The notes below the pieces were generated by a model that was not told the origin of the DNA, did not search any database, and saw only the letters and a list, made by a program, of their open reading frames with translations. Source: Octopus vulgaris (taxonomy: Eukaryota). From it: a DNA stretch of 64,000 nucleotides. This document shows positions 40,498 to 56,461 of the stretch, piece after piece (the stretch's first letter is position 1; each line of letters begins with the position of its first letter). The stretch covers positions 7,564,001-7,628,000 of the forward strand of contig OX597838.1 in NCBI GenBank assembly GCA_951406725.2, given 5' to 3'. The translations under genes and the position numbers were made by a program.

Positions 40498-41244
40498 AAA
40501 CATATACATATGTATATATGTGTGTGTGCATGTGTGCGTGTGTGGTGTGTGTTAGTATTATATGCTTGCAAAAACGAATGGAAATGGCTTCTCTGATAAT
40601 TTTACACTTTAATAATTAAACGTTTGTAAATAATTGGGTGTTTACAGTTAATGATTTATAAATATCTAATTATTAAAATTGAAAAATTATAATACGTACG
40701 TTTCCATATAAGAAATACATTTATAGGATTGCAGGCACTTTGAACAAAGTAGCGCACAGTCAGATTGAAACCAAGACCACCTTGTTGAGCAGCAAGCTAT
40801 TTACAAAACAGCCACGCCTTCGACTATGTAATTTTCGCTTTCGCCCTAATTCGATTAACAAACATTTTCGATTAACAGTTTCGGTTAACAAACACTACCC
40901 ATCAGTGTGGAGTTTTATATCATTTCCCTATTCGTTTTAGATGTTCCATTTCATTTTGCTGCTGTTCGCTTTTAATGATAAGAGACCGCGTCAACATTCT
41001 GTGGAGTATGTGACACTCAACGTCCATATCGTATATAGAGTTTTGTAAGCTATTACTTAGCTTTTACGTCATAGAAACCTGGTTATTTTGGATTCAATTT
41101 TATTAAGTCAATCAAAGCATTTTATCGCTGAGGCCATCATCTTTAGACCATAAATAACATATGTACAAACGTGCTCAAGAACCGATTCATGGGACTGGTG
41201 ATTTAGAGGTACCTTTGATATGCAATTGTAAACGAATATATCAT

Positions 41245-41338
<94 letters not shown>

Positions 41339-41377
41339 CATACATACATATATATATACATATATGTATATATATAT

Positions 41378-41410
<33 letters not shown>

Positions 41411-41710
41411 CACTAACACAGGTACAGGCACACACGTACGTCTATGCCATGTGCGTAGATCAACGTACTATTGTGATAAAAAGATTTTATTGTGACTGAC
41501 CATTGATGTAATGCAATCGCAATTTGCTTGAGTATGTTTATTACACTAGAGTTAACCGCCATTAAGCTGTCCCCGACCGCCATTGCAAAAACCGCGCCAC
41601 AAGTATAACTCTTCTCACCAAAACACTATAATATCGAACATGTTCAAATTGATCAGTAATTTGTTAAGTGGTCGCTTTTCCCTCATTTTTACTCTTTATT
41701 TCTTTCTTTC

Positions 41711-41757
<47 letters not shown>

Positions 41758-41830
41758 GTCTCTCTCACCCGCTCTCTCTATGTCCGTTCGTCTGTCCCTC
41801 TGTGCGTCTGTCTGTCTATCTGTCTGTCTT

Positions 41831-41909
<79 letters not shown>

Positions 41910-41993
41910 TTATGTATAAATATGAAACAAAGTAGGAAGTTTGAATTTTTACCCTACCTACATATATTACACACACACACACACATATATAAT

Positions 41994-42041
<48 letters not shown>

Positions 42042-42126
42042 AAGAAAGATAGAGATACACGGATACACATGCAGACACACAGACGCACACTTCTGAATGC
42101 ATATCTATGCGTGTATATATACATAC

Positions 42127-42159
<33 letters not shown>

Positions 42160-42529
42160 CCTATATTACACTCACACATATATATACTTATATAAAGTAT
42201 ATATATATATGTGTGAGTGTAATATAGGTAGGTATATATATATATATATATATGTATATGTATATGTATATATGTGTATGTATGTGTGTATGCATATGAT
42301 ATAGATACATATATATACATACATGCATGCATATATACATATACATACACGCATCCACACACACCCGCACACAAATGGACACACGCACGCACACTCCATA
42401 AATATATATAATATATATATATTCATCTTTGTATATATATGTATGTATAATATCCTGTTCACTATATTCCTCTGATAAACATTTAATCGTACGCTTTATA
42501 ATGTCTTTCTTTCTCTCTCTCTCTCTCTC

Positions 42530-42565
<36 letters not shown>

Positions 42566-43089
42566 TTCCAGCTCTTTCTCTCTTTCTCTTAATAGTTGTT
42601 ATTATATGCTTTTGAGAATTTTTCTGTCTCATCCAATTTTTATTTTAATTATTTATTTGTGTGTCAGTCTCTTTTTCCAACATCTTCTGACCATCATTTT
42701 ACCATTCCCTCCATAATTATCTCTATATCGCTCTCCTCACGGGTCTCACAGAGAGCTTTTTTTCATTATTCACTGTCAAAATTTTACTCTCAGGGTCCGT
42801 ATATACGCCATAAGTTCCGTCAATAGATTTTAGATTCTCCGCCCCCTTCTCTCTCTTTTCCTATTGCTTCGCTCTAAAGAGGACTGGCTCTGTGGTTAAA
42901 TATCTCGTGTTCTAAGTACGTGGTTTCCGTTCAGTCCTACTTCTGAGGGCAGGTGTACTCTATAGCACCGAGCCTTCCAATTCCTTGTAAGTAGATATGA
43001 CACAGTAAACTGTGCGGAATGTTCCATTGTATATATACGTGTGGGGGGGTTGAGAGTGAAGGCGTGCGTGTCTGTGTGTGGGTGTATGT

Positions 43090-43144
<55 letters not shown>

Positions 43145-43310
43145 CAATGCCTCAATGTCACTGTTTCTTGGTTTTGTAGCCAGGTGTTCCTGCATATTCC
43201 ATCAGCCGATTATTTACATTACATTTATTACACAGTTACTAGATTCCTGAAACAGCTGTCGAGTTAAGAAATTATGTCTTCTCTTCGTAGTCTGTATTCT
43301 GTAGTAAATG

Positions 43311-43355
<45 letters not shown>

Positions 43356-43546
43356 TTTTAATTCTTTTAGTCATCTGACTGCAGCTATGCTGGAGCACCA
43401 CCTTTAGTCCAACAAATCGATACCGAGTCTTATTCTTTGTAATCCTAGTACATATTCGATCGGTGTCTTTGTCGAACCGCTAAATGACGGTAAATGTAAA
43501 CACACCAACATCAGTTATCAAGTAATGGGGGGACAAACACAGAAGC

Positions 43547-43605
<59 letters not shown>

Positions 43606-44547
43606 CATACATACATAAATACATACATACATATATACAGCGGGCTTTTTTCTGTTTCTGTCTACGAAATCTACTCAGACGGCTTTGCTCAGGCCGAGGC
43701 TATAGTAGAAGACACTTGCCCAAGGTGTCACGCATTGGGACTGAACCATGGGGATGAGAAGCAAGCTTCTGACCACATAGCTACGCCAAATCCTTAAACT
43801 TCAACTGGTTTTGAGAACCTGATGTATTGATTTTCAGCAGTCACTCACTTCACATCTGGTGGCTTTTGGTTTCAGAACGCTGAACATAGCGGTTCAACAA
43901 AAGGTTCCGATACATGATGAAGATGATTTTAACTGGAAGCAAGAGCTGTCTGACTAAATCAGCTAAAATGGCTATTCAGCATGGCAGCCGTCCAGTTTAA
44001 TATATATATATGTGTGTGTGTGCATATTTGCAAGCACATATGAATGGGTTGGTGTTTGTGTGTGTGTGTGTGAGAGAGATTGTGTGTGTGTGTGCGTGTG
44101 CGTTGTGTTCACATCTATGTAAATGCGTGATTTTTTATGTGTTTGTGAAACTGCATAAACTTTCTCATAAAACAAACAAGTGAAAGTCCTCTACTTTCAA
44201 TTTCATAAAACAATCTTCCTTTAGAGAAACGATTTTATTTTTGTCTGCTTGGAACATTCTTTTCTTCTCTATTACAGTTTTCACCCCTATTTTCTCTCTC
44301 TCTCTCTTTCTCTTTCTCTTCGCTTGCAGTTCATCTTCAACGACATCCTCTCTTCATCCATACCTTCACCCTCACCCTTGCACACACTCACATACACGTA
44401 TACACAAAAGCTCAAATATAAACGTGTACTCTCATACGTACACGATTAAACGCACATACACTCTTGAGCATTTGCACACAAACACGTGTTTGTGTATGGT
44501 GCGTATGTGCGTGTATTTATATACATATATGTCTATATATATACATA

Positions 44548-44601
<54 letters not shown>

Positions 44602-44627
44602 TAAATATATAGACATATATATATATT

Positions 44628-44659
<32 letters not shown>

Positions 44660-44671
44660 CATATATTTATA

Positions 44672-44708
<37 letters not shown>

Positions 44709-44714
44709 CTCTAA

Positions 44715-44784
<70 letters not shown>

Positions 44785-45282
44785 CTGCTGGTATATATGT
44801 GGGTGGGTGTTTATGTATTCATATGAATATATGCATTAGTTTGCCAAGCTTTCTATCGTGTATATGTGCGTGCATGCGTATGTGTGCACCTTCATGCGTC
44901 TTAGTGGACGAAGCACCGCTCATAATTGTGTCCCCGGCGTATGAAAGGTTTCCACTTTTTTTGTCCGAAACAAAATATTATCTGGATATTTTGTGTTTAA
45001 CTTAAATTAATGATCATTTCCTTCATTGCAGAAACATATATCACATTTCACCCCGCGCTGTCTCTCTCTCTCCCCCATCGCTCTCTCACTCACTCTCTCT
45101 GCCATTCGCTCTTTCTCTATCTCACTCAATCTCTCTCCCTCCACCTCTTTCTCTCTCTCTCTACTCTCTGTACACACATATATATGTATATTTGTGTGTG
45201 TATTTATCTAGAATTATATATATATAATTATATATATATACATATATAATTATATATATATACCTACATACATATATGCATA

Positions 45283-45339
<57 letters not shown>

Positions 45340-45406
45340 CACACACACACATATATGTATGTGTGTATTACATATACAGACGGATATAGATATAAATGTA
45401 TGTATA

Positions 45407-45461
<55 letters not shown>

Positions 45462-45466
45462 GTACA

Positions 45467-45539
<73 letters not shown>

Positions 45540-46249
45540 TCAAAGAGAGAGCAAAAATGCAACACATATGAAAGAACTGCAATATGTTTATTAACACCAT
45601 ATAACACACACGCCACAGACATTATTCCCTTATTTCGTACATTTATCTCTAAGTGCTGAACACTTATGAAAATTGTCTGCAAAAAAATATACTGTTATAC
45701 CTGTGAGAAGTTAGTTATCAAACAGATGTTACACAAGCAACTATAATCAAACCAGTTACAAGCACCAGTGAAATAGTTGTTCAACCATCACACACTACTA
45801 CAAAAAGTAAAAAGCCGTAACAGTTACAAGAAATTGAAGCACAGCAGAAAATTATATCTGAAGCGACTGTTTAAGCAAGGACAACACCAATAGCATTAAA
45901 TAACAATAAAAAAAATAATAATAATAATAATCTGCAACCACAAGTTTGTCCCGGAAACATCACAACGACAACGATAACCGCCATAAAGCTAGAATATTCA
46001 AGTTTTAGGAAACGCTTCTAAATTTCAAGAAGTTGACGACTGTGAAAGGCTTCCGGACATGTATGGTATCAAGTTTCCCAATTCATGGAGACTCGGCCTC
46101 ATTTTGGTAATGGTGTTGGTTGTCCAGCTGGAAGGTAAGTCTGCATTTTGTTTGATTTTATTTCGGTTATTTGATTGTGACACCAATACGTGCATGTAGC
46201 AGAAATATATCTACATATATACATGCATACAGATTGACGTGTGTGTATA

Positions 46250-46294
<45 letters not shown>

Positions 46295-46298
<4 letters not shown>

Positions 46299-46473
46299 GC
46301 CATGATAGATCGTTATCCACTACACACATTTTTTCTCTCCTTGTTTCTCTCCTTGTGTTTTTTTCTGTGTCCCTTTCTGTAGAAGAGCGTAGGCTCGAAA
46401 CGTAAAAGACTGTTTCTATTACCGAGCGTTATACTAATACATCTGTTTCTTTTATACACCACCTGTCTTCGTC

Positions 46474-46475
<2 letters not shown>
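46295..46475 (+). mobile_element. Penelope-like terminal repeat with a near-canonical hammerhead
   Basis: cttt-CTGTAGA-a-gagc(gtag)gctc-GAAA-c-GTA-aaag at ~46373-46408, flanked by (TA)n. Confidence 0.6.
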
Positions 46476-46510
<35 letters not shown>

Positions 46511-46581
46511 CATATATGCGTGTGTGTGTATGTGTGTATGTATGTATGTATGTATATATATATATATATATATATATACAT

Positions 46582-46761
<180 letters not shown>

Positions 46762-46868
46762 ATAGTTTAGAACAAGCAGTAAAAAGAGGTCATAGTTCTC
46801 GGAGTTGCAAAGGGCTACGATACATTCTCGTCGGCAACAAACGCTATGGAAAACAATTGTTGTATCAG

Positions 46869-46934
<66 letters not shown>

Positions 46935-46960
46935 CCATCAAAGTACACTGGGGTATTATA

Positions 46961-47039
<79 letters not shown>

Positions 47040-47043
47040 TTTA

Positions 47044-47090
<47 letters not shown>

Positions 47091-47094
47091 TTTA

Positions 47095-47132
<38 letters not shown>

Positions 47133-47497
47133 TTTATTTTTATTATTATTATTATTATTATTATATGTGTATGTGTGTGTGTGTATACATGCGTATAGAT
47201 GCATACAGACTCACGTATAAATATATACATACAATTAATAGCACGAACACAGATACCCGAAAAACCATATGTACAAACAATAATAAAAACAATAATATTA
47301 ATGACAACAATTACAACGTGCGCATGCGTGCTACCCATCAAGGAATACAGTACAATTTATGTATGTATGTGTGTGTTGGTGTGAAGTGTATCTGTATGCA
47401 AGAGTGTGTGAACCACCTTGTTACACATTCTGATTGTATTGAGTCCTTCATATCCAGATGTTTTTCAAAAGCAGTATATATACATATATGTACATAT

Positions 47498-47571
<74 letters not shown>

Positions 47572-47871
47572 ATATGTATGTATGTATGTATATAAATATA
47601 TATATATATGTATGTATGTATATAAATATATATATATAGGTATATATAAATATGTATATATATGCATACATATATGCATATATATATATACATATATGCA
47701 CGCATACGTATGTTCACATATGTATAAGTATGTGTATATAAACTTAGACATCTATATGCATATAAAATAGCATATGAGCATACGCAAGCATAAAAACATA
47801 TATATATATATATACATACGTTCATACAAGTAAAGATACACATAATATTTATATATATATATATATATATA

Positions 47872-48720
47872 TAGAAACGTTATCACGCCGGGCGAAATGC
47901 TTTGCGGTATTTCGTCTGTCGCTACGTTCTGAGTTCAAATTCCGCCGAGATCGACTTTGCCTTTCATCCTTTCGGAGTCAATAAATTAAGTACCAGTTAC
48001 TCACTGGGGTCGATGTAATCGACTTAATCCGTTTGTCCGTCCTTGTTTGTCCCCTCTTTGTTTAGCCGCTAAGCATTTTGTCCGACCTGCTATCTGTTCC
48101 GCCAAAACACCACCTTAATAATAATAATGATAATGGTTAGCAAATTTTGCCACAAGGGTAGAAATTTTCGGGGAGAGGACCAGTTTTGAACTGGTACATA
48201 TTTTATTGATCCCAATATGGTGAAAGCCAAAGTCGACCTCGGCGAAATTTGAACTCAGAACGTAATGTCGGGCGAAATACCGCTAAATTTTTCGCTCGGC
48301 GTGCTAACACTTCCGTCGGATCGTGATCTTAATAATATTAATTATAATGATAATCTTTTCTACTAAAGGCACAGGACCTGAAATTTTGATGGCGGAGATT
48401 AAACGATTACATCACCCCCAATGTTTCACTGGTACTTAATTTATCGACCCCGAAAGGATGAAACGCAAAGTCGACATCGGCGGAATTTGAACTTAACACG
48501 TAAATAATAATAAGTGTGAAAGATGTAAGAGACGAACTGGTTCTCATCGCTTACATCGACACAGTCCGTACTCCGTGCTGAACTTTTGCATATTTTAAAT
48601 GGCCCGATATGTTGAAAAGCAAAACAAACGTCGGCAGTATTTGAACTCGGAAACTCATTCTAGAAGAAATACTGCTTAGCGATTTGTCCGACGTGGGAAC
48701 AATTCCACCACTTCGTAGTT
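47872..48720. mobile_element. Cluster of SINE copies in both orientations
   Basis: One + copy followed by several - copies or fragments. Confidence 0.8.
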
Positions 48721-48883
48721 TGATATTCAATTTATAATATGAATGTGACATTAAATAATCCGTAGATTAGATTAAAATTTCTCAGAAATACCATGTCAAA
48801 TGTTAGTGATATTACAAAATATATTTCAAAACAACCATCAATTATTTCGTATGTATCATTGTAAAAACGTTCGATATTATCAG

Positions 48884-48920
48884 CTTCCTGACAACCAGCC
48901 AATGAAATCACATCACGTGA
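48884..48920 (+). promoter_or_regulatory. Promoter-like motif cluster (ETS, CCAAT, TCACGTGA)
   Basis: cttcctg at 48884-48890; CCAAT at 48899-48903, then 9 nt, then TCACGTGA at 48913-48920. Confidence 0.35.
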
Positions 48921-49446
48921 AACACTTCTTAGATAGTTGTTGTAACAAGGTTTATCACATCAGATTTAATTATATATATAATTACATTATGTATTAAAAT
49001 TTAATTAACCGACATTGCTTATTATATTATCATTCCGTTATTTATTAAAAGTTAATTTGTTTTTCGTTATACTTTACGTTTTTTTTTATTTCCTTTTGTT
49101 TCAGTATAAATGAAATATAACAAGTGGTTTTCAAATTATTTATTTATTTATTTATTTATAAGTTGTTTAATTTATTTTATTTTCAATTTAAATTTTTTTT
49201 TATTTTTTTTATTCAGCCAAATAACGAGAGTCGAAACGGTAGATCGAGCAGCTAAAAATATAAATCAAATCGACTTCAAAATCATTTATAATGATTTGAT
49301 AAATTTTTCAGAGCAATTTCACTGAAGTAATTTTATATGAAATATGGGTAGTGAAACAAAATGCGGGAATACAGAATGGTAGGGGTGGGAAACATTTGGT
49401 TATCCAGTATATTTGTGTGTATCTGTGCGCATGTGTAAGCTTGTGT

Positions 49447-49481
<35 letters not shown>

Positions 49482-49734
49482 GACCGACAGGGAGGGTGTC
49501 AGTATTCATAACGTCGGGTACAAAAAATACCATCGATCACTAAAAACTTAGATAAGCTTATGAAACTATCGTATATGTCACAAGCATATTTTAACTAAAC
49601 TAAACAACCATATATTTCCGGGTTCAATCCCACCGTTTGGCACTTTGGGTAAGTGTCTTCCACTATAGACTCGGACCGACCAAAGACGTGTGATTGGATT
49701 GGATTTGGTAGGCGAAAACTAAAATAAGACCGTC

Positions 49735-49776
<42 letters not shown>

Positions 49777-50076
49777 AAGTACGTATGTGTGTGTCTGCGT
49801 ATTTCTTTGTGCGTATCTTTTTCCTTGTCCTCCCACCATCGCTTGAGAACCGATGTTTGTGTGATTGCGTCGCTGTAACTGAGCGGTTCGCCCAAAGTAG
49901 CCGACAGAATAAGTAATAGGCTTACAAAGAATAAGTCCAGGGATCAGTTTGTTCGACTGAAACATTTTAAGGTGCTGGTGTTGCTCCAGCATGGCCGGAA
50001 TCAAATGACCTAAACAAGTAAAAGAGGAAAAGAATATATATGTATGTATGTACGTATATATATTTATATATATATA

Positions 50077-50139
<63 letters not shown>

Positions 50140-50853
50140 CAGAAAACGTTTCAAAGAGTAAGAGTAGACCCGACACCTTTTGGTAATCGGTGCACCTTCA
50201 AAGCCAGTGAACAGCAATTGACAAAACCGGTATGACTTTGAATTCCTTTAACAATTCAAAATAATGACTTTTATTCTTCCTAATTCTACTTCAGTTCATC
50301 TAATTGTATATATTTATCATTGTTTTTTTTTATTAAAAAAAGCCTTTATTTTTTAATATCAATGTGAATTTTCGCATTTTTTTTCTTACTTTCCCCATAT
50401 ATATACACATATATATATAAACGGCCGTCGGAGTATCAGCATTTAATACTTGAATTTGGAGTATCACTATCTAATCGTTAGAAACTACTTTCTATCTGGA
50501 TGCTTAAACATTTCCTTATTTCAATTTCCGCGAGAATTTACACTTTTATTTTTAATATTTCTTAATAGATTTTTAACATCTTTTTAACAAAGCTCTTAAG
50601 TTGTAAGTGGGACGATGCCTTCAATACATACCTTTTAAGATGGTAATATCTTTTTATACATCAATATAGTTTTTCTACCCATATATGTCTATTATAGTTT
50701 TAAATATTTATGTATCTGTAAATCTTTAATATCTCTTAATATTTTAATGATTGATACATTAAATATATTTTGATAATTTGCATACAACTGTTGTATGGCT
50801 GAGTGTATCTATTATTTTTCCAAATTGTTGAACGTACACGAATTCTCCTTTTA

Positions 50854-50929
<76 letters not shown>

Positions 50930-53089
50930 ATATATAAATTTATATATATACATGTATGTATATATAACATCAGATCGTATTCGCCATTGAGTCAATAAAT
51001 TCATTTTCCGTAAGAGTTCATAGCCATCATGCTACATCCCATGATTTCAACGTCACCCCGGTTCGGGTGTTTAATAGGACACCCGTGATTTGGTCCAGAC
51101 CTGATTACTCCCATATTCTCAGCTCCTGACTTTTATTTACTTGCTAATTAACCGATAGCTGGTACAACACCGGGAGTGTAGACCTGGGAACAATAATCTT
51201 TTCTAGTCTAGGCACAAGGCCCGAAATTTGGGGGGATAGTGATCAGTCGATTAGATCGATTCCAGTACGCAACTGGTACTTAATTTATCGACCCCGAAAG
51301 GATGAAATGCAAAGTCGACCTCTGCGGAATTTGAACTCAGAACGTAAAGACAGCCGAATACCGCTAAGCACTCGCCCGTCGTGCTAACATTTCTACCAGC
51401 TCGCCGCCTTAAACTTGGGAACAATAATGGCCATTGACTAATTCCACATTCTTCAAAATCCTGGAACTTCCTTACCAGGGCTTCTGATACCAGATATAGA
51501 TTCAAGTAATACAAATTGTGATAGATGTAAGTCGTACAAAAGTGAGGACAATTTGTGGTTTATCAGACCAATTTGTGGTCAGCTAAGCAGACGCTCCGTT
51601 TTTATTTGAACAATGTATTTCATTATATATTCACTCCGTCAGGTTTGAGCGGTAGGGGATAAATGTATGACTAGAACAGCCCCTGAGACATATAAGTTAA
51701 TACTGTAATTAGTCACATCACTGCGACTAGATAGAACTTAGTAGACACATGTCATCCAAGAATACAGTGACAGTGTTAGCTTAAACATGGATGGGTCACC
51801 TCATAGTGTTAAATAGAATCTTTTCCCTCGGGTGAAAGTATGGCATCTGCCAACTTGGTTTTGAATGATAACATATAACATAATTAAGAATATGATATAA
51901 CTGAGAATGATAAATCATAATTAATTATGGAAATAATATAAAGTATTTCTTCTATTCGCTTCGGAACACAGGTTATTTTGTCCACGAATAATTGCTTTTT
52001 TCAAACTATTGTGAATATTTGAATAAATGTTTTAAATCTTATGTATAAAATCTGAGCGGCAATACAATCCTCTGCTCGACTTTATGGTTAAACAGTTGTT
52101 TCCATTCAAGCAACAGAATGCAGTTTAAGACCGAGCATAAATTATCAATGCGAAGAATGCATATGAAATCACGAGGCTTATATGTGCATGAAAGGAGGGG
52201 GAATAGAATTTAAAATTTGGTAAAGCTTTGACTAAAAAAATTAAAATTATACATTAACACTTAAACATAGCCAATAGAAAAGTTCCTCAAATTTTTCTCA
52301 AATCCAGCAGTGGAACCTCTTAAGTACTGAATAATCCTTGGTAATGAGCAGGTAAATTGTACAATGGTACGGTTCCTCTGTTCCTTCTTGGCATCAGTAT
52401 CTGTAATTATAGGAAGCATATCGAATGCTGCTCTCTCATCATCACCATTATGTCAGAGATATTCTCCTTCCGTAACATTCACTCCATTTCTAATACAACA
52501 TATCTTGAAATGATTTGATAAAAGCATTTATTTGTGTCCATGAATTAACGATCCATTCACAGATCAGAAATTGTGATGGACTATACACTGCCTTTCTTTT
52601 TTTTTTTTCGTGTAAGATTCTTCTCGTATTCTTCACATGTACATTATTCCATTTCACTCAAATAATATCCTTCAAAAGCTTATGGAAACCAACCTAAAAT
52701 GCTGCAAAATAATTCTTACCCCGTAAAAAATATTTCTATTTTGTTTAATCAGAATGAAGGGCTGAAATCTTAGTGTTTTATAAGACCTTGAGGTTTGTGA
52801 GGAGGGGCTTCAACAACCTATAGACCTGACTGAAGTACTTGGAATGAAGTTGACCCAAGTAAATCGTTTCATAAACAGTACAGATCACCTACGCGAGTGT
52901 TTTTGACCTGGACATAAACACCACTTTGTACTTAGGGACCAAAAGTATTCTACAAGGGGGCACTATTTTCGTTATGGGGTCCAAGAGCTTATGATTTCCA
53001 ATGTGCTATTCATCATTTCCGTGATGGGCATTAATGTTTCGTTACCTTCAAGATTTCAAACATTTTAAACATACAAGTTTTGAGGGAGG

Positions 53090-53365
53090 ACATTCGGCGA
53101 AAGAGACCGGATCTGTGGAAAGCGAAGAATTGAATTCTTCTTCGCCGATAATGCTCTCTGTCACCGAGCTCTCCTCACCAAAAACAATATGGTATCGCTT
53201 CTGAACACGCACTATTCTCTAGATTTATCCCCTGCGGACTTCCGTCTCTTCCCCGAAATGAAAATGCAGCTCAATGGTCGCCAGAGCGAATCGCGGAATT
53301 TTCTCGACTCGCTTACGGAAAACGACATCTAGACCGGATTCCAAAAGCAGCAGGAACGCTGAGAC
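53090..53365 (+). mobile_element. mariner transposase C-terminal remnant
   Basis: DNALCH...YSLDLSPADFRLFPEMK matches the YSPDLAPxD motif. Confidence 0.8.
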
Positions 53366-53369
53366 GATT

Positions 53370-53643
53370 GGGCTCCGCCCTGCAAATTTCAGGCCTATAG
53401 TAAAAAGGATTATTGTTATTGTTATTATTTAAGGAAGTCAGCTGGCAGAACCGTTATCATAACGGGCGAAATGATTAGTGGTATTTTGTCTGCCGCTACG
53501 TTCTGAGTTCAAATTTCGCCGAGGTTGACTTTGCCTTTCATCCTTTCCGGGTCGATAAATTAAGTACCAGGTGAGTACTGGGGTCGATCTGATCGACTTA
53601 CCCCTCCCTCAAAATTTCAGGCCTTGTGCCTATAGCAGAAAGA

Positions 53644-53676
<33 letters not shown>

Positions 53677-53872
53677 TAAGGTGAACTAGTACAATCGTTA
53701 GAACGCTGGGCGAAATGCGTAGCGTATTTCGTACGTCTTTACGTCCTTTCATCCTTTCAGGGTCGATAAATTAAGTACCAGTTACGTACTGGAGTCGATG
53801 TAATCGACTAGGCTCCTCCTCAAAAAAAATTTCGAGCCTTGTGCCTAGAGTAGAAAAGATTATTATTATTAT
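53370..53872 (+). mobile_element. Head-to-tail SINE chain with aaatttcaggccttgtgcc...(ATT)n tails
   Basis: Three successive tails, each followed by the next head or by microsatellite. Confidence 0.8.
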
Positions 53873-53904
<32 letters not shown>

Positions 53905-54678
53905 AATCAAGATCAAAATCACGCGAATGTCTCAGGGCAAAAAGAAAGCCCTCGTTAAACAGAAATCAAGGAAAAAAGACCGATGGATTTCCATATATGT
54001 TACGAACCATAAATAGAACATTCTTTCAGATAAAAAAAAAATTCAAGAAAATTCAGTACATTTCTTAAAATACTTCGTCTTCGAGACAGCTACAATACGC
54101 CAAACCTTACACAATTGATTTTAGTTCAACACTAACTTTGCATGCTGCCTTTGCTGCTGCAGCTGTCGTCGTTGTGGCTGTTGTTGTTGCTGTTGTTGAT
54201 GTTGATGTTACAGTTTAACCTCCATTCAGTTCAGAACAATCAATCTCATTACGAAGTACGTTCTTGCAGTGGCCTTTCCGTTTCGTTCGAATATCTGCCT
54301 TTGTAGCTTATCGGGCGTTCTCCTATTTCTATGAAGACGCTAGCAGAATCATTGTATCAGGAGAGTGCGGCTTCTCTTCTTTTTTCTTTTGTTTGGGTCG
54401 CACCGAGCTGTGCCGATATAATATTTATAAATTCCATTAAGGCGGTGAGATGGGAGAAACATTAGCACACCGGGTTAAATGCGTAGCCGTATCTCGTCTG
54501 CCGTTACGTTCTGAGTTCAAATTCCGCCGAGGTCGACGTTGCCTTTCATCCTTTCGGGGTCGATAAATTAAGTATCAGGTACGCACTGGGGTCGATGTAA
54601 TAGACTTCATCCGTTTGTTTGTCCTTGTTTGGCCCCTCTGTGTTTAGCCCCCCCCCCCTTTGTGGGTAGTAAGGAAAT

Positions 54679-54777
<99 letters not shown>

Positions 54778-55150
54778 GTAGACATATACCCGTGTTAATC
54801 TATAAAATAAAACCAATATCTATAAGCTATACATATGTAATCGTCTCGTATGCGGCACACTAGCTATACCGTTGGTATCTATTTATGATGTTCATTATAC
54901 CCACACATTCACTGTTCATCCAACCAAACGAGATCTACTCAATATATTTAAGTGTCTAATCGTTTGATATGTCTACGCGCAGACAACATTCACTCGAGCC
55001 AGCCAGTCGGTGTCAGCACTGTCTTTGTATACAGTTGTTGTTATGTTACACAGGATTTACAGTATTCAGTCTATATTTATAATGACACTATCTAGCGACT
55101 ACAAACTCTAGTTATCCAATCAAAGTCTCGGTTCTATAATATCATTATAG

Positions 55151-55206
55151 CAAGTGAACGAAGCTACAAAATGTCACTGCTTCAGCTGACAATCGCATGG
55201 CTTGAG
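55151..55206 (+). CDS. Candidate exon (MSLLQLTIAWLE if it is a first coding exon)
   Basis: aaaATG at 55171, consensus donor gag|GTGAGT, TATTTATAA ~100 nt upstream. Confidence 0.3.
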
Positions 55207-56354
55207 GTGAGTTTCTTTTTGACATTTACATATATACAATTTATTAATCAGCATTAAACACATTTGCCAAATTGGCTGGCAACTACAGGTGGTATGTTTC
55301 CCACCTATTTGACTTTGTAATGATATATGTCTATAAACACCAGTTATTAATATTTGTGTCTACACTAGCATAACGAAATATATGAATGTTCTTTCTACTC
55401 TAGACACAAAGCCGAAATTTTGGTGGCGGTGGGGGGAGCCAGTCGATTAGATCGACCCCAGTACGCAACTGGTACTGAATTTATCGACCCCGAATGGATG
55501 AAAGGCAAAGTCGGCCTCGGTGGAATTTCTGCCCGCCTGCCGCTTTGAAATATATATATATATGTTGTCTCTAAATTATGTCTGCGTCGATTTCGTAGGC
55601 ATTGTGCGGTTGTTCGACCAACTGAACCGTCTGTTAGAGGAATGAGAGTCAGGGTTGATGAGTGATGTTAATGAGTGATGTTGATATACATGAGTGACCA
55701 TGGTGTAATCAACAACTAGGATCAGTTCTGGTAGATTGAATAGCAGGTACTATTCCCTCCATAAGGCGGCGAGCTGGCAGAATTGTTAGCACGTCGGGCG
55801 AAATGCTTAGCGGTATTTCGTCCGCTGCATTACGTTCTGAGTTCAAATTCCACCGAGGTCGACTTTGCCTTGCATCCTTCCGGGGTCGATAATATAAGTA
55901 CCAGTTACGCACTGGTGTCGATATAATCGACTTAATCCGTTTGTCTGTCCTTGTTTGTCCCCTCTGTGTTTAGCTCCTTGTGGGTAATAAAGAAATAGGT
56001 AACTGTTCCCTCCACGAGCTTCAGCATAATTTCCATTCACCTTCTTTCGTTCGTTAAGGCACAATATTACACCAAAATTTCAAGAAAGTTTAAACAAATC
56101 TGGGACTTGGTAATTCCAAGCCCGCATCTACAAATGCTCGATTCCAAAAGTAGCCACTCGGTTGATATGTAAAATGGAGATGTTACTTCAAAGAGATAAT
56201 ACTATTCGATATTTGCAATAATGTGCATCTTACCTGACTGCTGCAATAGGTACGAGATGGTTAGGGTGACTATTTATGAGATTTGAAATTGCAGTTTGGA
56301 GAGACAAAGACATACATATGTGTATGTGTTTCTCAGTCTCTCTCTCTCTCTCGA

Positions 56355-56397
<43 letters not shown>

Positions 56398-56416
56398 ATA
56401 TCTATCTATCTATCTA

Positions 56417-56461
<45 letters not shown>

